NCBI GenBank assembly: GCA_053919585.1
Contig: CM132825.1
From: Euprymna scolopes
Taxonomy: Eukaryota
Reading direction: 5' to 3' (one strand)
Length of the DNA stretch: 64,000 nt
The stretch's first letter is position 1, and each line of letters begins with the position of its first letter. Both the position numbers and the translations under genes were made by a program. Of the stretch, positions 11,160 through 22,143 are shown one piece after another. Under the pieces are notes generated by a model that worked only from the letters and a program-made list of their open reading frames with translations, was not told where the DNA came from and did not search any database.

Positions 11160-11630
11160 ACTGCCATGCATTGGACAGCTTAAACAAATTGATTTCCAAA
11201 TTACCCTATCTCTGGTCATGTCTTTATGTATCCTGCTTTCTTTCAAAACCATGCTTATAATTTTTTTTACATGTTTTCTATGGCCTTCTCCTCGTAAACT
11301 GGACCTGCTACCTCAACTGTTCTACAGCTCTCATCCATTCTTTCAATGCGGCCATACCATCAAAATCTTTTGTCCTGCAGACACGTTTCTATACTGTCCA
11401 AGTTTAATCTTTCTCGGAGGTCATCTGAACCAAGCTTGTTTTAAGGACCCACATTACACATTCATCATGTTTTCACATCATTTCTTTCCATGCAACACAT
11501 GTCCTCAACCCTCATCGACCAGATTTAACTGCTTCACACGATGTACACATACCTTATTGACTCTTACGTTGATTAGTAATGGCAGAGTTTCCCTATAACT
11601 TCCGCCATCCAATCCTAACTCTTGCAATCA
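11160..11630 (-). mobile_element. Decayed 3' portion of an RTE-clade LINE ORF
   Basis: Minus-strand translation with lesions: ARVRIGWRK...LPLL...WSMRVEDMCCMERND...MCNV...LRERLNLDSIETCLQDKRF*WYGRIERM, matching the RTE C-terminal pattern (RLRWYGHVERM). Confidence 0.8.
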
Positions 11631-11889
11631 GATATGTAATATCTGAGGACTGGTATATAAATCTACAAGCAGTGTGACAACACCCAAAAGGTGCATAATA
11701 TCGCCAAAAACAGCGACTCCTCCCTGTAGAAAAGTGCCCAGTTGAAGGTGAAGAAATTAATGTTTTTTGCCAGTTTGTAGATATCCGTCGTTTGAAGGGC
11801 GGAGCATTAAAACGATACCGATCTTGTGAAAATCCATCACCTGTCACAAGTTTTAGGCATATATACATTTAAACAGACAGGTGAGATTT

Positions 11890-12470
11890 ATATTATAGAT
11901 AACACTACCTTGCTCACTGAGATGAATAAGACAAAAGATCTTGACCTTCTGGTGGACTCATCCTTCAAGCCATCTAAACATAGCATTCAGGCTGCTAACA
12001 AAGCAAATAGTATCCTACTTTTCATATGACATTTTTTTTGGAAACTCAATCCTGAAATATGTTTTTTGCTTTATGTCTCCCTCATCAGTGCCATGGCCTC
12101 TTCTGCATATCTAATATGTGATATCCAGCATTTGGAGAGAATTCAAAGACTGCCTACTCAAATAGTGCACGGTCTATGAGATTCGCCGTATAAAAGTTGA
12201 CTCTTTTTTCCCTTGAACACCAATGGTTGTACAGTGATCTGATTTTGTCCTACAATCTCCTCAATAGGCATTATGATATATCCCTTGTACCTATTACTCA
12301 CTCCTGCACCAGAAAGAAATCTATGTGGAAAATACATGAAACCTTTTCACTGCCGATTTCGATTGAACCAAAGAAGAGCTGCTTTCTCAGAATCCCTGAA
12401 ACTTGGAATAGACTTCCAAGTGAAGTAATAAATGCAACAATTTAAGGTGAATTTGAACAACTGCTGAACT
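11890..12470 (+). mobile_element. Old classical CR1-type LINE 3' fragment
   Basis: KDLDLLVDSSFKPSKHSIQAANKANSIL...DIQHLERIQR...LFSLEHQWLYSDLILSYNLLN...WNRLPSEVINA matches the CR1 ORF2 C-terminus. Confidence 0.85.
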
Positions 12471-13363
12471 ATTGTGTCCTCTTTTCAGACATTTATTTAT
12501 TACCCTTTCTTTGCATGACGTTGAAGTATGGTTGGTTGTTTTTTGTTTTACGGCATATCAACCCTTTTATGATTGTTTTATATTTTGACAAATGAATTGA
12601 ATTAAACTGAATTTAATATTTAGAAATTTTTTTTTTTACTCCAAAGACAATTTTTAAAAATTAAATTTTTGTTTACATTTTCTAAATTTCCTATAAGACT
12701 GAGAACCTAAACTCGAGAGCCAGCAATCTTTTTCATTGAGTCTCTTTTACAAAGAAAAAAACTGGGAAAAAAAATGGAAAACAAAGAATTTAAAATCACT
12801 GAATTTTATTTCATTCACTAACGTCTACACCATTTGTGAATCAAAATGTTTCATTTGTTTTCATGGGGTGTTTTTGCCACTCAAAAAAAAATTGTTGAAA
12901 ATATAAATGAAACGTTATGAAAAGTGCATTTAATATTTAAGGAAAAAAAAAGGAGGGTCTACATTTCAGATTTTCTAGCACAATTCTTTTCTGTATATTA
13001 GGATTTATTTGGAAGAACATATTTCTAAGCGTCTGAAGTAATATTATATACATATGATTTAAACAATTCTTACAATAGTGTAAAAAGTTGTTTTTTTTAT
13101 AATTTTCAATATGGAAAATGTGTTTGCATGTTTTTCATAATCAAACATAGCAGCACAGCCTACACACACCATGACAGCAAGAGAAGAACTCCTAGATTCG
13201 AATTTCGCCTTCCCTTAAATGTGTTTTATTAACGATTTGAATCTCGCCTTACTTGTCAGGGGCGACAATTCTAAGAACTATCATAGAACATGCTATTCAT
13301 TGTGAACGTACACTTATGTGATGTACCTATATCTGCTTGTGTAAAAAATATATCATATCTCAT

Positions 13364-13367
<4 letters not shown>

Positions 13368-13406
<39 letters not shown>
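13368..13406. repeat. (TG)n microsatellite
   Basis: About 19 TG units. Confidence 0.98.
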
Positions 13407-13409
<3 letters not shown>

Positions 13410-13635
13410 ATTAAGGGCCACTCATTTCACATCCAATAATAAGACATAAAAAATTATTTTTTTTTATAAATCATTTTACCATGTTTGTAGGTTTTGATTT
13501 GGTATTGTTGTCGAAAATGTTCATAAAATTTTTTCTGTCTCCAATTAATTTAAAAGTAATTTGATGAAGCTGAAATCGTAGTAAAAAAAAGAGTCATCAA
13601 ATTTTGAAAAGAAATATATTTGTACATAACATACC

Positions 13636-14611
13636 TACAGCACTGACGACACTACCATTTATGGTAGCACATCTAAGACAGTAAACGACCAAGTTCTCTC
13701 CAATTCTCTCTCCTCTGATCTTGAGCATGTAGTACAATGGGGAAAGGAGTGGCTGGTTACTTTTAATGCATCTAAAACCAAGCTTCTCTCTTTACATCAT
13801 CAACATTCTGATCCCCATCTGGCATCAATTGAAATGAATGGCTCTCGTCTTCAGGAGGCCTCAAGTTTTGACAAGCTTCTAGGCTTGACCATTACTCCTG
13901 ATCTTAAATGGAACACGTACATCAAATCTGTTGTCAAGGCCGCTGGAAAAATGGTGGGATCTTTCTATCGATCCAGTAGATATCTCACTGCTGATGCTAT
14001 TCTCTATCTATATAAGAGCCAGGTACGTCCAAGGATGGAATACTGTTGCCACATCTGGGCAGGAGCTGCTAGAAAGGACTTGTCCTGCCTTGATAGAGTT
14101 CAAAATAGACTTCATAGCCTCGTAGGAGATGTCCTTTTCTCTTCCTTGCAACCTCTATCTCACAGAAGAGATGTTGCGAGTTTGTCTCTGATGTATCGTT
14201 ATTTTCATGGAAAGTGTTCGACTGAGCTTCAATCTATGGTCCCCCCTCGCAAAACTTTCACAAGAAACACTTGTCTAGCTGTAAACACTATCAATAATTC
14301 CCCCCACTCTTTATCTGTGCCTAAACCTAAACGTAGATTCCATGAGCAAAGTTTTTTTTATTAGAACTGCACGCCTGTGGAATTGTCTTCCGTTTTCATG
14401 CTTTCCGGCTGACTACAATATGGTTGTCTTCAAGTCTAACGTAAATAAGTTCTTGATGAGCCGTTCCATATAAGTTATCAAATTTAACAAATTCTCATTA
14501 CCAATGATTATTATATTGTCCAATTTCTACTGTACACTCTTTAACCCTTATCCTTGAGTGGCCTCTTAGCCTTGATAATGTGTTGATACCTATGAAAAAA
14601 AAAAAAGAAAA
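13636..14611 (+). mobile_element. 5'-truncated CR1-group LINE, same family as 3127-4988
   Basis: Starts at DDTTIYG; ORF 13834-14364 is colinear with the C-terminus of ORF 3030-4739; same 3' motif TAACCCTTATCC..GAGTGGC..GCCTTGATAA and A-tail. Confidence 0.95.
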
Positions 14612-14780
14612 AGTCCAATGTGAACAAGTTCTAATTGAATCGTCCCTCTAAGTAATCCAAGTTACAAAATTCCCACTGTTTACTATGCTAAAATCACAAT
14701 GACTAATGTATACCTATTAACCCTTATCCTCGAGTGGCCTCTGGGCCTTGATAAGTGGTGACACCCATGTAAAAAAAAAA
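14612..14780 (+). mobile_element. Very short (~170 bp) third copy of the same LINE family, directly after the previous A-tail
   Basis: AAGTCCAATGTGAACAAGTTC... matches 4824 onward; ends TAACCCTTATCCTCGAGTGGCCTCTGGGCCTTGATAAGTGGTGA...polyA. Confidence 0.9.
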
Positions 14781-15613
14781 ATATATGCAAAAACGTTTTT
14801 GGTTTTATTCCTGAAAGAATGGAAAGAATACATAGATTTGCATACTAAAACCCTTTTATATAGTCAAGCATTGCCAATGTAAAACTAATCAATTAGTCTC
14901 ATTGGTTTTATTGCCGACATTTTAATCACTCCTTCCCTAATTGTATATGCATGGACAAATGATTTTTTTCCACCTTTTTAGGGGTTTGGAGTGGAAAATG
15001 TTTCCTGATAAAAGGGATTGTCAAATGTAAGTACATGCATTCAGCCTGATGAATTCTTTTGTGACAAATATTTGTGCACAGTTAATTTGCTATAAGTATT
15101 TATATTATTACTAAGCTTTACTTATGTATTGAGCATTGTTGAGAATACTGAAAAATGTTTTATATGTAATCTTATAATATAAACACACTTATATTAAATG
15201 ATATAAAATAATTATTTTATATTGGATAGAATATTGATACTTTTTTCTGCTCATTAATGTGTGAAATTTAGTTTTAATCATTATCTTTTTTAATTATTAA
15301 GCTTCTTTGGCATTTATGAATAGTTAAAAATTATTCTGTAAAATTTTTCAAATTAATATTTACCAATAATTAGTAATAATTTTTTTCTGATGCTGATTTC
15401 TCTATTTTAAAAACTATGGATTTAAAGGACTTATATTTTATTTCTTGTTGAAACATTTGTAATAAACGTGTAATGCATGAAAATTTACTTGTTTTTGTTT
15501 TGGACAGTAGTACAGAATCTACTGGAAAGATCAACATTTAACCACTTACAGGTTTCGTTAGGATTCAAAATGAATCTCAGTCAGGAAAAAAATAATTTAA
15601 GTGTGAGATTCAC

Positions 15614-16632
15614 TTTTTTTAAATTTTTTTTTAAAATTACATTTTCACCCCAAACAAGGCACATTGCTACTTTGGTGTAGGGGCCTACTATCAGGGGAAA
15701 CATCTACTGGGGTACTATGTAGGGATTAGGGCAGCGAGATGTCTGTTCACATTACACTTGAACTTCTGCATGTCAGTACAGTTGGGGAAGCAGTGACCTG
15801 GAATGGAATTCCAAAGTCTAGCAGTTCTGGGGAAGAAACTACTGGAGTAGAAAGATCTTTTACATCTAGGGATCTCTACAGTGTGGGGGTGGGATTTTGC
15901 AGCTTGTCGGGTCTGTCGAGGGTGTTCACGTCGTGGGGGCACAAGTGCTTGCAGTTCATCAGAGCATTCACCATTATAATACTTGTAAAACAGGCAGAGG
16001 GATGCAACGTTTCGACGATGGGACAAAGGCTGAAGCTTAGATGCCAGTTTAGGGCCTATCAGATTTGCGACTCTCTTTTGAACCCTGTCAAGGAGCGAGA
16101 GACTAGTAGCCGATGCACCAGCCCAAATATGACAGCAATACTCCATACATGGGCGAATAGTGGCCTTATAGAGGTACAGGATACTTTCGGGTGTTAGAAG
16201 TTTTCTAGCACGGTAGAGAGAGCCCACCTTCTTCGCAGCGGCCCTGGCAATGCTCTCGATGTAATTGTTTCAACTCATGTTTCCTGTGAACGTTAGGCCA
16301 AGGAGCTTGAGAGACGTACTCTCAGATAAAGAGTCGTTGGCCATTGCTATATGTGGTAGAGAAGGTTTCTTGTAATTATTGAATGAAACCAGTTTTGTCT
16401 TGGCGGCATTGAACGTGACCATCCATTTTTGTCCCCATTCCACTACTGATTGGAGGTCATCCTCTAGTGCTTCTGCCATTACTTTAGATATATGTTCATT
16501 TGTTTTCCTGTCGTGCCTGCTATAGAGTGTAGTGTCATCAGCATATATACCCATCTCAGAGGCAATTTTGTCGGGGAGGTCATTTATGAATATCAGGAAC
16601 AGTAGAGGTCCAAGGATAGATCCCTGGGGCAC
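15614..16632 (-). mobile_element. 5'-truncated CR1-group LINE (second subfamily, related to 5040-6480)
   Basis: VPQGSILGPLLFLIFINDLP, YADD, MEYCCHIW, LQPLSHRRNVASL. ORFs 16270-16632 and 15715-16227 are the same frame split by one TGA; A-rich tail at ~15614-15632. Confidence 0.95.
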
Positions 16633-16770
16633 TTGGAGTCCTAACGAGACTTGGAAATGTTGAAATGTTGATCAATTTACATAGACTTCTTAGAATTTTT
16701 AGATAACTTCATAAGCTTTACATGTGTGTATAAAGCACATTTAAAACAATATTGGTGTTTAGATCAGGTT

Positions 16771-16986
16771 NNNNNNNNNNNNNNNNNNNNNNNNNNNNNN
16801 NNNNNNNNNNNNNNNNNNNNNNNNNNNNNNNNNNNNNNNNNNNNNNNNNNNNNNNNNNNNNNNNNNNNNNNNNNNNNNNNNNNNNNNNNNNNNNNNNNNN
16901 NNNNNNNNNNNNNNNNNNNNNNNNNNNNNNNNNNNNNNNNNNNNNNNNNNNNNNNNNNNNNNNNNNNNNNNNNNNNNNNNNNNNNN
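16771..16986. other. Assembly gap (N run)
   Basis: 216 N. Confidence 1.
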
Positions 16987-17244
16987 TTGACAGTGGTGTA
17001 GTTTTTGGTGATTTCTATTTTATTTTCTCTCATAAATGAAACTAATTAGATATTCGGGAGTTTATTTTTTCAGACGATTTTATTTATATTAAATTGAAAA
17101 ATGAATAAAATATTTTTTAAAGTATTTTTTCTCTAAATTTACGTTTGTAAATAAAAATAAAAGAAAAGCTTCGTTTAAAGCTTTAATCGCAGAGAATTCA
17201 GTTGCAATGGCTTGAAAGATAAAGTACGTCAACAATAAGAACAC

Positions 17245-17248
<4 letters not shown>

Positions 17249-17289
<41 letters not shown>

Positions 17290-17322
17290 TAGATATATAG
17301 ATAGATAGATAGATAGATAGAT
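17249..17322. repeat. Compound (AT)n(AGAT)n microsatellite
   Basis: Seen directly. Confidence 0.97.
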
Positions 17323-17910
17323 GTTATTCGTTTTTGCTTAGCGATACTTTTTAAATGAATTCAGTTATTTATACAAAAGTGCAATTTTAATGCGAACTGG
17401 GAATAATTTTCCCTTTGACCAATTTGGTACCTCCAAATGGGGAGCGGCATATATGTTATTTTTAAAATATAATTAAAGTATACACGTACATTATATTAGT
17501 ATTTATGAAAAGTTATATTAGCGTTAAAATTAAAAAATCTTATTATTGGTTTCATACGTAATGTTAGTAATTGACAATTATAATTTAAAATTGATAATTA
17601 TAATTTTAAGATAAAAAAATTATTTGAAAAATAAAAAGGGTATAATTAAGACGTGAACTATGTTATTTTTAATAATGTTTGTTTAAGAAAATTTTATACC
17701 TGTTTTTTTCATGAAAAATCCTAATAGCATTTAGATTTGTACATTTTCTCCAGCTCTCCACAACTCTAACCCAATCTAAGCCAGAAATGGCAATAGCACA
17801 GATGTACACCATCAATGTCATATCGTATCCTCTTTCGGTTATTCTATTTTTTTCCAAACTATGGTCCTCTTCATTCCTTATTCTGCTAGCTTCTTGAAAT
17901 CCCCTCTTTT

Positions 17911-18295
17911 TCATACACATGATATAAAGGGGAGTTGCATGTGTGTTTTTGTATTTCTAGCTAAAATTCAAAAACTACAAAAACACCCACAAAGTTGGTA
18001 TATTCTTGTCCAGGCGAATAATATCTAAAGTTTAGAAAAAATAATCATTTTCTGAGGGTCAACTGGGCCACATTCTGTCAGGTAGGGTTAGTTATGCACT
18101 AATTTGGAAAGAAAATATAGTCTAGCTAGAGAGAAATGGGATGGGTGAAGAAGAAAGGAAACTAGGGAAAGGGAGATGTAAACGGGAGAAGGGAAAGAAA
18201 AAGAAAAAACGTGTAGAGGTAGATAGAGAAATAAAGAAAATGTTTAATAGACATGTTACACTTTTATCCCGGGCAACGCTGGTTAGTCCTGCTAT
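17911..18295 (+). mobile_element. Probable small non-autonomous Helitron
   Basis: 5' TC...ATATAAAGGGGAG..GTGTGTTT; GA-rich interior; 3' CCGGGCAACGCTGG hairpin followed by ...GCTAT, a degenerate form of the CCGGGCAACGCCGGG...CTAG terminus common in invertebrate Helitrons. Confidence 0.5.
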
Positions 18296-19231
18296 TTTTC
18301 TGTATATCTTAGTTTATGGATGTCTATACCAGCATAATTTATTTATACTAAAATTTAGTTGACGATGGAATTAAATCTAAACTACTATTGTCAGTTTTAA
18401 TTCATTATTTTTTTGTTTTTATAAAAGAGATAGGTGGAACTTAAATGTTGGTCCGGAAATGTTATTAGACTGGGGCTTGTGGTCAGGAGAGCTGGAGACA
18501 ATGCTAAAGCCATTAACTACTAACGAGAGATGAGGTTGAACATGCACTTTTCTTTTTCATGGCACCATATCCTTAATCACTAAACATACGGATATTTCTT
18601 GTAAAATCGTTAGCACCTTTAATATATTATGAGATGACATTCACTGCACACCAATTTCTTGAAAAAAAAATGACTTTTAGATATAGAAATACAAAATATA
18701 AAAATTGTTAGTATAATGATATATAATTGCTACAGAAATGAATATACTCTAGTTTATCAACTCATATTTCAAATCTTTTTCAATTTCAAAAGAATTGATG
18801 CAGTCTTCAGAGTCTACTCCAAAACTAGAATTTAGCAGATATCAAAGAGACCATTTAAGGTTGAATAGTCTCGTATGCGTTCTGTGTTTTTGTCATCTTG
18901 ATTCTATCGATTATATAACCTCCAAATAATATCGATAATACCAAATGATTAGAGAGATACTGTAACAACTGATGAAATGGTTAGCTTGCAATTGAAAATA
19001 TTTAAAGAATTAGAGGCATAAGATGTCTTTATTTACCATAAAATGCAAACTACATCATCTCGCAAGACCAATACATGAACACTCTGCAATGTACGTATAT
19101 ATTTACATTAGAAAACACAAGCTACTAAAAACAGTTATGTTGATGCTAAGAAGGGGAGATAATTATGAAATATATGTTTAATATTTAATGTTGGGTGTCC
19201 CACAACAAACAGGAATAAGGAAAGATAAGAC

Positions 19232-19990
19232 ATTTTTCGTGTTTCTTTGCTATCACTCCATCATGGAAAAAATGCACCCTATATATCTGTCAAATTAGGG
19301 AAACCATAAATATGTCATTTTTAATTCGGTTAACATTTTTTTTTCGGCTGACATTTTTTTTTCTTTTTGTAGTTTAGTCTTTTGGATAGTTTATTTTTTT
19401 TTTTGCAAACTTAGATTAATTCACAAAAACACAAACCAAAAGGGAGATTAAAAAAAAGTGTATCTGAAAGGATAAATATAATAAACTTAAGTTGATGTCA
19501 CAATTAAAAAAAAATTCAGTTTCTTATCTGATTCAAGCAACGGCTATTGGTTTACCAAGTGAAAAAACTTGTCCTCAAGTCAAAACCCATCTGGAAGCTT
19601 TGCCTTGTCATTTTTATGTTTCCTTAAGTTATGGCAGCATAAGATCGTTATATTTGATGCTTAGCTCAACGAAGCATTGAAAAGAAGGTTCAAGAAGCAT
19701 CAGGAGGGCAAAAATAATAATCATTTCATGCTATGGTAGTCTAATACATTCATGCTATGGTAGTCTGATACAGAGCCTACGGCATGACGACACAATGTAA
19801 TCTTATCATTTAGATTGAAAATAAAACTATTTGCTAGCAAAATATACTAAGATTCAAAGTGTTTTTGACTAATGAAATGCTTAATCCAAAAAATAAATAA
19901 ATAAAAATAAAATAAAGCCGATCTTAACAACAATAAAAAAGGATGCATTTTTTTTCCATGGTGTGACTGAAAAAAAAACACAAAAAACAC
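19232..19990. repeat. Degenerate long inverted repeat (19232-~19432 versus ~19858-19990), MITE/foldback-like
   Basis: GTGTTT..TCAC.CCA..TGGAAAAAATGCACCCT on the left; reverse complement AGGATGCATTTTTTTTCCATGGTGTGA..AAACAC on the right; inner anchors CGGCT, TTTTGGAT and CAAAAACAC are mirrored. Confidence 0.5.
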
Positions 19991-20179
19991 AAAATTTCTT
20001 TGAACAAAAAAGAAAAAAAAAAAGAAAAAGTGAAGCAAATGTTTAATTTTGCAAAAGCATTTTTTTTTTTACTAACTCTTGAGAGTAGTATTAAACATTA
20101 GAAAAATATTAAATAAGTTTTGGTCTCATGCCATTTTTTTCGTTTTTTTTATGATGAAACTATTAGATAAAAATATTGG

Positions 20180-20591
20180 NNNNNNNNNNNNNNNNNNNNN
20201 NNNNNNNNNNNNNNNNNNNNNNNNNNNNNNNNNNNNNNNNNNNNNNNNNNNNNNNNNNNNNNNNNNNNNNNNNNNNNNNNNNNNNNNNNNNNNNNNNNNN
20301 NNNNNNNNNNNNNNNNNNNNNNNNNNNNNNNNNNNNNNNNNNNNNNNNNNNNNNNNNNNNNNNNNNNNNNNNNNNNNNNNNNNNNNNNNNNNNNNNNNNN
20401 NNNNNNNNNNNNNNNNNNNNNNNNNNNNNNNNNNNNNNNNNNNNNNNNNNNNNNNNNNNNNNNNNNNNNNNNNNNNNNNNNNNNNNNNNNNNNNNNNNNN
20501 NNNNNNNNNNNNNNNNNNNNNNNNNNNNNNNNNNNNNNNNNNNNNNNNNNNNNNNNNNNNNNNNNNNNNNNNNNNNNNNNNNNNNNNNNNN
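20180..20591. other. Assembly gap (N run)
   Basis: 412 N. Confidence 1.
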
Positions 20592-20738
20592 AAAATATTA
20601 AGATTTAATTATTTTAATACTCCAGATTAATAGAAAATAAAAATGGAGATTAATTTAAACCAAAAAATTTGTAATTGTCATGACACTGATGGAGGATTTC
20701 TTTGTAATTAGCTTCTAATATGCTTTCTCTTGTTTCAG

Positions 20739-21719
20739 AGATGTGATCTATTACACGACACACTGAATGTCCAAAAGTATATAGAATGTGTACAAATTTT
20801 TTCTAAAGATTTTGATAAACTCATTAAAGATTTTCATCGATATTTTTTACTAGCGTCCAATGAGAAGTGACATAAAATTTGTACATATGTGCTCAATTGG
20901 TGTCTAATGATGGGATTAAATTTAACGCAAATATTTTATAACAAATTTTCTATATCTTTTTTTATTTTTTACTACTTTGTCATAGCTTTTTCATTTTTAA
21001 AAATATTTTTGTATTTTATTAGTACTATTTTTTTATCACTTTTTATTTTTATTAAGATACTTTATATCTTTTTATATTAATAACTATTTTCATATTTTTT
21101 TATATTAATAATTATTTTCATATTTTTTTAATATTAATAACTATTTTCATATTTTTATATATTTCATAACCATTTTTAAATATATTTTTTAACGATTTTG
21201 TTGTATCTTTTCTATAATTAACCATTTAAAAACAACTTTTTTATATTCTTATAACAATATTTTGCTATTTTATATGACCATTTTTCATATATTTTTACTT
21301 TTTAAAACCAATTTCATATTTTTCTTACTTTTTAAAACCAATTTCATATTTTTCTTACTTTTTAAAACCAATTTCATATTTTTCTTACTTTTTAAAACCA
21401 ATTTCATATTTTTCTTACTTTTTAAAACCAATTTCATATTTTTCTTACTTTTTATAACCATGTTTTTTAAGTCTTATTTTTTTATAACCATTTTTTACTT
21501 TTTGAAACCTTTGTTTTACTTGAACCTAGTTTTCATTTTGTGTTGTTGCTTTAGATCTGTTTTTATAACACTTTGCTGGATGTTATGATGCCAATACTGA
21601 TAGCCATTGGTAAGGAGCTGGTTACTGATAATGAATAGGCACCCAAGAAATCTCAGTATATAATTAACCAGTTCCAAATATCGATGGAGAATGCTGAGTC
21701 AGTCTTTGAAATTGCTGAG
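20739..21719 (+). pseudogene. Two exon-like remnants of an unidentified spliced gene (20739-~20899; 21555-21719)
   Basis: Branch/acceptor TTCTAAT...CTTTCTCTTGTTTCAG then RCDLLHDTLNVQKYIECVQIFSKDFDKLIKDFHRYFLLASNEK*HKICTY. Acceptor TTGCTTTAG then a 165-nt phase-0 segment ICFYNTLLDVMMPILIAIGKELVTDNE*APKKSQYIINQFQISMENAESVFEIAE ending GAG|GTAGTT. Each has one in-frame stop. Confidence 0.45.
21301..21450. repeat. 30-bp minisatellite (~5 copies, first four identical) inside a degenerate T-rich repeat tract (~20950-21500)
   Basis: TTTAAAACCAATTTCATATTTTTCTTACTT repeated. Confidence 0.97.
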
Positions 21720-22143
21720 GTAGTTTACAATTTGAAAACCATGAAAAAAAAACTAACTAATAAGCTGAACTTAATTTTTACAAAATACTAAATATATCAC
21801 AAACTGTTTTGGCAATTTCCGGGATCGAATCAGGTTTCTCTGTTGATACTCACAAATCCATATCAGATGAAACCAATTGGGTGCCAATTTCTTAAAAGTA
21901 CTGCCATTTGCAACAATTCCTACTTTTATGTTTATGTAAAAATCTACCAAGGGTATCTTGAACTTTTCAGCTTTAAGATACTAAAATTGAAACATTATAT
22001 TAATATTGTCCTTGCTTTATATATGCATATAGATACACATACATTTTAATTTTTAAGTTTATAATTCAACACAAAGCTGAAATGTTCAAGATAATCATAT
22101 CAAGTCAATACAAAACAAAGAAAAATGAGAACAATGAACTTTG

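Noticed and set aside
10771-11598. 275-aa hydrophobic ORF
   Set aside because: Composed of the 46/47-bp minisatellite plus the antisense strand of an RTE fragment.
11630-11835. GC-richer coding-looking patch between the RTE and CR1 fragments
   Set aside because: Several frames are equally plausible and none is recognisable.
16726-20630. ORFs containing X runs
   Set aside because: Artefacts of the N gaps.
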